From the NCBI GenBank assembly GCA_963666285.1, contig OY762711.1: a DNA stretch of 64,000 bases; one strand, written 5' to 3'. A program made the translations under genes and the position numbers. This document shows positions 59,169 to 64,000 of this stretch, one piece after another. A model generated the notes under the pieces. It was not told where the DNA came from. It did no database searches and saw only the letters and a program-made list of their open reading frames with translations. The DNA is from Sedimentisphaerales bacterium (GTDB lineage: Bacteria > Planctomycetota > Phycisphaerae > Sedimentisphaerales > SM23-30). Numbering within the stretch: position 1 is the first letter of the stretch; every line of letters starts with the position of its first letter.

Positions 59169-60026
59169 ATGAAATTTTTATCTAAGATTATCGTAGTTTG
59201 CCTGATGGTTATTTCTGCAGGTCTTACTGCGGCTGAATCAGCAACAGAGGAGAAGAAGCCAGTGTTGGAAACAGAAATGCAGAAAGTCAGTTATATTTAT
59301 GGCACCATGATCGCCGGACAATTCAAAGATGCACCTTTTGACCTTGAAACAGTAGCGTTTTTAGCCGGAATCAAAGATGTTTTAGAGGGTAAAGACCCTG
59401 CAATTCCTCAACAGGAACAACAGGCTGTTATGGCTGCATTTCAGCAGAAGATGATGGCTGAGCAGCAGAAAAAAGCACAGGATAGCCTGTTCCAGAATCG
59501 TGAACAACCTAAAGACCTTCCTTTCAAATTGGTTGATTTCGACAAGAATAAGGATTATTTCTGGGTACTTGAAACCAGCAAAGGCAAGATAAAGATCAAA
59601 TTCATGCCGGAAGTTGCTCCATACCACGTATCAAGTACTATATATCTGACTAATAAGAAATTTTATGACGGCTTGATTTTCCATAGAGTTATTAAAGGCT
59701 TTATGGCCCAGGGTGGTTGTCCGGATGGTACCGGAACTGGTGGTCCTGGCTATAGTTATGAAGGTGAGTTTGATCGTTCGGTTACTCATAACAAACCTTA
59801 TTTGCTAAGTATGGCTAATACCGGCAGACCAACATCAGACGGCAGCCAGTTTTTCATTACTTTTGTTCCTACCCCTCATTTAGATGGCAAACACACTATT
59901 TTTGGCGAAGTTGTTGAAGGCCAGAAAGTTGTAGATGCTATTGAAAAGGTTGAAACTGCTGCTCAAGATAGACCTGTAGAAGAAATCAAAATCATCAAAG
60001 CTACTATCGAAGAAGCTAAGAAATAA
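59169..60026 (+). CDS. Exported peptidyl-prolyl isomerase: FKBP_N (Mip/FkpA dimerisation) domain plus cyclophilin domain
   Basis: Signal peptide; [13 protein letters not shown]...[47 protein letters not shown]. Confidence 0.85.
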   Translation: MKFLSKIIVVCLMVISAGLTAAESATEEKKPVLETEMQKVSYIYGTMIAGQFKDAPFDLETVAFLAGIKDVLEGKDPAIPQQEQQAVMAAFQQKMMAEQQKKAQDSLFQNREQPKDLPFKLVDFDKNKDYFWVLETSKGKIKIKFMPEVAPYHVSSTIYLTNKKFYDGLIFHRVIKGFMAQGGCPDGTGTGGPGYSYEGEFDRSVTHNKPYLLSMANTGRPTSDGSQFFITFVPTPHLDGKHTIFGEVVEGQKVVDAIEKVETAAQDRPVEEIKIIKATIEEAKK

Positions 60027-60058
60027 TTTCTTTCTTCAATTTAGCTGATATTAAAATA

Positions 60059-60092
60059 AAAGCCCTGTGGGAAATATTTCTCGCAGGGCTTA
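60059..60092. terminator. Terminator between convergent genes
   Basis: AAGCCCTGTGGGA...TCTCGCAGGGCTT. Confidence 0.65.
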
Positions 60093-60132
60093 TTTAATTA
60101 ATCGATTATTTTATAACTCAGGATTGATAAAG

Positions 60133-62514
60133 CTATTTCAAAATCAGCTTGATTGATGAATCAAGTGCCGGAGTTGATTGAACTTTGCTGCCTGAGATTG
60201 ACACTGTATGTAGAACATTATCTTCCGGCAGACATAGCTTTGTGTCATAACTTTCGGCGGTGCCATATTTTATCAGTTCGATATTTGTCCAGTCTATTTC
60301 GCTGGTACACTGGGCCGGCTTAACATGCGGCAGGGCGGTTCCGCTCTTTACCAGCATAACGATAGGTATTTCACCAGCGGCGATATTATACCATGTGCCG
60401 CCCTGGTACTCTTTGCCCGTCTGATAGTCAACCCAGCTGTTACCGGCCGGCAGATATACTTCTCTTCCGATAGAGCCTTCTTCGAATAATGGTGCTACCA
60501 GGATGTCGGAACCGAATAGATATTCATTATCTATCAGCCAGCTGCCCGGGTCGCTCGGATACTCGACAAACAACGCCCGCATCATCGGTAAACCATTTTC
60601 CACGCAATGTTTAGCTTGGGCATATACGTATGGCATAAGCTTATATTTCATGGCACTGGCCTGACGGAAATCGTCCAGGAATTTATCGCTGAATTTCTTG
60701 TCCCATGGCTCTCGAGGCCTGGAGCCGTGAGAGCGGCTGTGTGAGGTCAGCATGCCGAACGGCATCCAGCGGCGGTACATTTCTTCTGACGGGCTCTGCA
60801 CAAAACCACCTATATCGTGACTCCAGAATGAAAAGCCCGACAGGCCGAAAGAAAGCCCGCCGCGAAGCGAAGCTGCCATTGCGGTATCGGTGTTTTCGTT
60901 ATCGCCGCCCCAGTGAAGCGGGTATCGCTGGCTGCCGGCCCAGGCGCTGCGGGCCCAGATGATTGTGTCGCCGGTTATCTGCCTGGTAATCTCTGCCATG
61001 GTCTTGTTGTATCTGAGCGGGTAAAGATTGTGTTCATAAAATCCCGTTTTGCCAGAAGCGTAGATACCCTTATATGGCCCGCTTTCGCCAAAATCTACCT
61101 TTATGACTCCTACGCCCAGTTTTAGCAGCCCGGCTATTTTATCCTGGTACCATTTGATTGTGTCTGGGTTGGAAAAGTCCAGGATAACATCTTCAAATGC
61201 TACGCCGCCATCAAATCCTTTGACATACAGCCCTTTTTCGATGATCTCATTGTAGTATATATTATTCGGCACGAAATACGGCAGCTGCCAGAGCGAAATA
61301 TGGAATCCTTGTTGTTTCAAATCTGAAATCATTTTCGCCGGATCATCAAATCTTGATTTGGAAAATTCATAGTCACACCGCCAGTCTGTCTCGAACCAGC
61401 CGGTATCGAGATGAATTACATCTGATGGTATTTTGTATTTTCGCAGTTTAGCGGCTACTTCCCTGGTCTCCTGTTCTGAGCTGTAGGTAATGCAGCTCAT
61501 CCATAAGCCAAACGACCACAGCGGCGGCATGGCTGGTTTGCCGGTCAGGTTTGTGTATTCATTTAGAATGTCTTTCGGTTCGCCGAGAAATATGAATATA
61601 TCAAGATTGTTGTCGCCAATCAGGATATTATTGACAGCCTGAAACTTTGACCCGAAATCGCATGTAATGGGTGTTGTCGTATGAATGAACATGCCGTAGC
61701 CGCGGTTACTCATAAAAAATGGTACAGGCTTATATAACTTATGGCTTTGGGTGCCCATTCCGTCAGTAGTGTACAGGTTGATCTTCTGCCCGCGTTTGTC
61801 AAAATTGGTGAATGATTCACCACAACCGAATATCTTTTCATTATATGAAAGGCTAAAAGCTGCTCCTATGCTGCGTGAATAATCGTTGGCACGACGGATA
61901 AAAGCAAAAGGCGGCATTGGATTGGTAAAGCTGCGAAGCTCGTTCTTTTTCTGGATGGTTTCTGTGATCAGTTTGCCGTCAGGATCACGCAGTTCAATTC
62001 GCCATGGATCAAGATAAACTGAAACACTGCCTGAAATATTGGAGTAGCGGTAGCCGCCTTTAATCTTTTCTGTTTTCCAGCTGCTGTCAGTCGGCAGCTT
62101 TGGATTAATCAACATCATCGATTCAGAATCATCCGCAAACGCACTGATATCTGTTTTAGCTCTTAGCCTGATGGTTCTTGGTGAGATAAAATCAATATCG
62201 AATACATATGAAGGGTTTGCTTCGTATTCGGCAGGAGGCCATTCATTCTGTTCGATATCTTTGAAACATAACGTCATATTATCGAATGACATTGCTGTTG
62301 TCAGCATCGACCGCTGCCATCCCAGTTTTCCAGATGCTGTTTGAGGATCGAACTCATCAAGTTTATCAGCCAGGAAAAAAGTATTGTCGCTATTCAGGAA
62401 ATCGTTTGTAAGATCGACCGGATCTCCCATTACTCGCTGCTGTTGGGCATATGCAGCGTTGCAGAAAAAAAGAGAAAATGAAAACAGACAGATAATATAG
62501 TTTTTGATATTCAT
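60133..62514 (-). CDS. Secreted GH31 glycosidase (alpha-xylosidase-like)
   Basis: Signal peptide; YKPVPF, PPLWSFG.W, nucleophile KVDFGE, HWGGD, WSHDIGGF; GGAG RBS before MNIKNY. Confidence 0.9.
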   Translation of the reverse strand: MNIKNYIICLFSFSLFFCNAAYAQQQRVMGDPVDLTNDFLNSDNTFFLADKLDEFDPQTASGKLGWQRSMLTTAMSFDNMTLCFKDIEQNEWPPAEYEANPSYVFDIDFISPRTIRLRAKTDISAFADDSESMMLINPKLPTDSSWKTEKIKGGYRYSNISGSVSVYLDPWRIELRDPDGKLITETIQKKNELRSFTNPMPPFAFIRRANDYSRSIGAAFSLSYNEKIFGCGESFTNFDKRGQKINLYTTDGMGTQSHKLYKPVPFFMSNRGYGMFIHTTTPITCDFGSKFQAVNNILIGDNNLDIFIFLGEPKDILNEYTNLTGKPAMPPLWSFGLWMSCITYSSEQETREVAAKLRKYKIPSDVIHLDTGWFETDWRCDYEFSKSRFDDPAKMISDLKQQGFHISLWQLPYFVPNNIYYNEIIEKGLYVKGFDGGVAFEDVILDFSNPDTIKWYQDKIAGLLKLGVGVIKVDFGESGPYKGIYASGKTGFYEHNLYPLRYNKTMAEITRQITGDTIIWARSAWAGSQRYPLHWGGDNENTDTAMAASLRGGLSFGLSGFSFWSHDIGGFVQSPSEEMYRRWMPFGMLTSHSRSHGSRPREPWDKKFSDKFLDDFRQASAMKYKLMPYVYAQAKHCVENGLPMMRALFVEYPSDPGSWLIDNEYLFGSDILVAPLFEEGSIGREVYLPAGNSWVDYQTGKEYQGGTWYNIAAGEIPIVMLVKSGTALPHVKPAQCTSEIDWTNIELIKYGTAESYDTKLCLPEDNVLHTVSISGSKVQSTPALDSSIKLILK

Positions 62515-62649
62515 TACAGACTCCATATTCAAAATTTGTATCCATATCTGGAACAAAAAACACAATAATCAAAATAAATAGTAACATAGAACCGTAAAAT
62601 ATCAAGCAATACGTCTAATATTTTTATCGCGATGGATTATGTTGGAATC

Positions 62650-62688
62650 AAAAAAATACCCAAACAGACTTAGGCCGGTTTGGGTATT
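62650..62688 (-). terminator. Terminator of the GH92 gene
   Basis: AATACCCAAAC...GTTTGGGTATT with the T run on the minus strand. Confidence 0.65.
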
Positions 62689-62733
62689 GAGTTTTTAATA
62701 TAACAAGTTCTTTGAACTTATAAAAGCGGTATA

Positions 62734-64000
62734 TTATTTTGTCAATGATGGTGGAGCAGATTCCGGACCGGCAGCCCAGTTAAAGTTTGGAGCCGGCCCC
62801 ATCTCGAATTCCAAAACCCCGCCATCGCGGATGGTACGGTATTCGATCCAGGTTTTATTATATTCTTTACCGTTTAGTTTGGCAGACTGGATAAACCTGT
62901 TTGCTATACTAGTATTGTTTGCCTTGATAGTAAATGTTTTGTTACCGTCCAGTTTTAGAGTAGCTTCCGGAAATAATGGTGAACTAATCACATAATATGG
63001 GTCACCCATACAGGCAGGGTATAGCCCCAATACTGAAAATACATAGTGGCTGGCCATAGAACCGCCGTCATCATCCATGGTATCCATATATCCATCCGGT
63101 TTCTTTTGGTACACTTTCCCCTGGAGTGGTGTTTTGAACCATCCGCGACTTTCGTTAATAATAACTACATCGTCGGTAATGAAATGCCTGCTCCAGTATT
63201 GTGTTCGCCATGGGCGGCCAAGATAGTTAAACAGGTACGGATATGTCAGCGGCGGCTGGTTGATCGGCATATGCTGGTAGTTTACGAAATAATAGTCAAG
63301 CTCATCTGCGAGTTGTGTTTTACTGCCTCGAAGTTTCGCCAGCCCGTTCATGTCATGAGGAACCCAGTAGCGATAATGCCAGAGATTTCCCTGGTAGAAG
63401 AATGCACTTGTACGGTTGACTTCATGTTGGGGAACCGGTTTGCCGTCTAAGGTAAAGAAGCCGCGGACATTGCCTTCGCCGTCAACCTGCGATGAGCACC
63501 AGTAATCCTTGTAGCCTAGTGCTTTTGCTTTGTACTCGGCAACTTCGTCATCTTTGCCCAGAGCTTCGGCCATACGCATTACCAGGTAATACTGATATGG
63601 TTTTTCTACCTGGTCGTTACCCAGCATTGTGCTTTTTAGTCCTTCGTATGCGACCTCTGTATCATATCCTTTTATGTTTTTGAGGAATGCGTCAACCACA
63701 ATAGCTGCGATAAATTCATGTCTGACAGTTGCGCTTGGCCAGTAACCGCTGCCCCATTGAGGAGTGTTACCGCCTGCGAACCATTCTACCAGCGAGCGTG
63801 CAATGTTTTGTGATATTTCCGGTTCCAGTAGAGAGATCAGGCTGTATTTGCGAAAATCATCCCATGAACTCCAACCGGAATAACAGGTATAATTATCTGC
63901 GGTATTGCTGGTTTTACGAATTGTATCTTCGTCGCCTGCTATTCTGTATTCACCCTGGCCGCTGGTTACGTTGTTGGGGTAAAGATAAGAGCGATATAGA
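62734..64000 (-). CDS. GH92 alpha-mannosidase, C-terminal part (5' end outside the window)
   Basis: Frame open to the window edge (LYRSYLYP...SWDDFR...VRHE); WVPHD, NQP, DDDGG, GLYP, SPLF, GG.LEFEMG. Confidence 0.9.
   Translation of the reverse strand, partial: LYRSYLYPNNVTSGQGEYRIAGDEDTIRKTSNTADNYTCYSGWSSWDDFRKYSLISLLEPEISQNIARSLVEWFAGGNTPQWGSGYWPSATVRHEFIAAIVVDAFLKNIKGYDTEVAYEGLKSTMLGNDQVEKPYQYYLVMRMAEALGKDDEVAEYKAKALGYKDYWCSSQVDGEGNVRGFFTLDGKPVPQHEVNRTSAFFYQGNLWHYRYWVPHDMNGLAKLRGSKTQLADELDYYFVNYQHMPINQPPLTYPYLFNYLGRPWRTQYWSRHFITDDVVIINESRGWFKTPLQGKVYQKKPDGYMDTMDDDGGSMASHYVFSVLGLYPACMGDPYYVISSPLFPEATLKLDGNKTFTIKANNTSIANRFIQSAKLNGKEYNKTWIEYRTIRDGGVLEFEMGPAPNFNWAAGPESAPPSLTK

Overview
Mostly housekeeping and cell-surface region of a low-to-moderate GC bacterium. 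It is inferred (not database-checked) to be a planctomycete, probably Phycisphaerae/Sedimentisphaerales-like, from the PVC-type GyrA motif [30 protein letters not shown], dockerin-like 'LAxxWL' repeats, lamin-tail/CotH proteins and a periplasmic HEAT protein. Contents: rpiB (partial), a TsaC-arginine phosphatase fusion, a 2584-aa secreted double metalloprotease, stand-alone methionine-synthase-like modules, gyrA, a soluble kinase/HD-GYP pair, a Wza-exosortase-EpsI-TPR-Wzc locus, tcdA, rpsA, GH2/GH31/GH92 glycosidases, a nucleoside transporter, an orphan flagellin, a CotH/lamin-tail protein, one IS3-family element, ribH-nusB-ftsY, ppnP, pgk and an unusual PPIase. No rRNA, tRNA or CRISPR array was seen. 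Best leads: (1) a structured, terminator-containing 5' leader of the flagellin gene that matches no riboswitch I recognise; (2) a strand-skewed CCGY/GGA-repeat non-coding block beside the IS; (3) nested domain insertions in the dual protease; (4) an FKBP_N-cyclophilin domain swap; (5) a GH92 with the mannose-1-phosphodiester uncapping signature.
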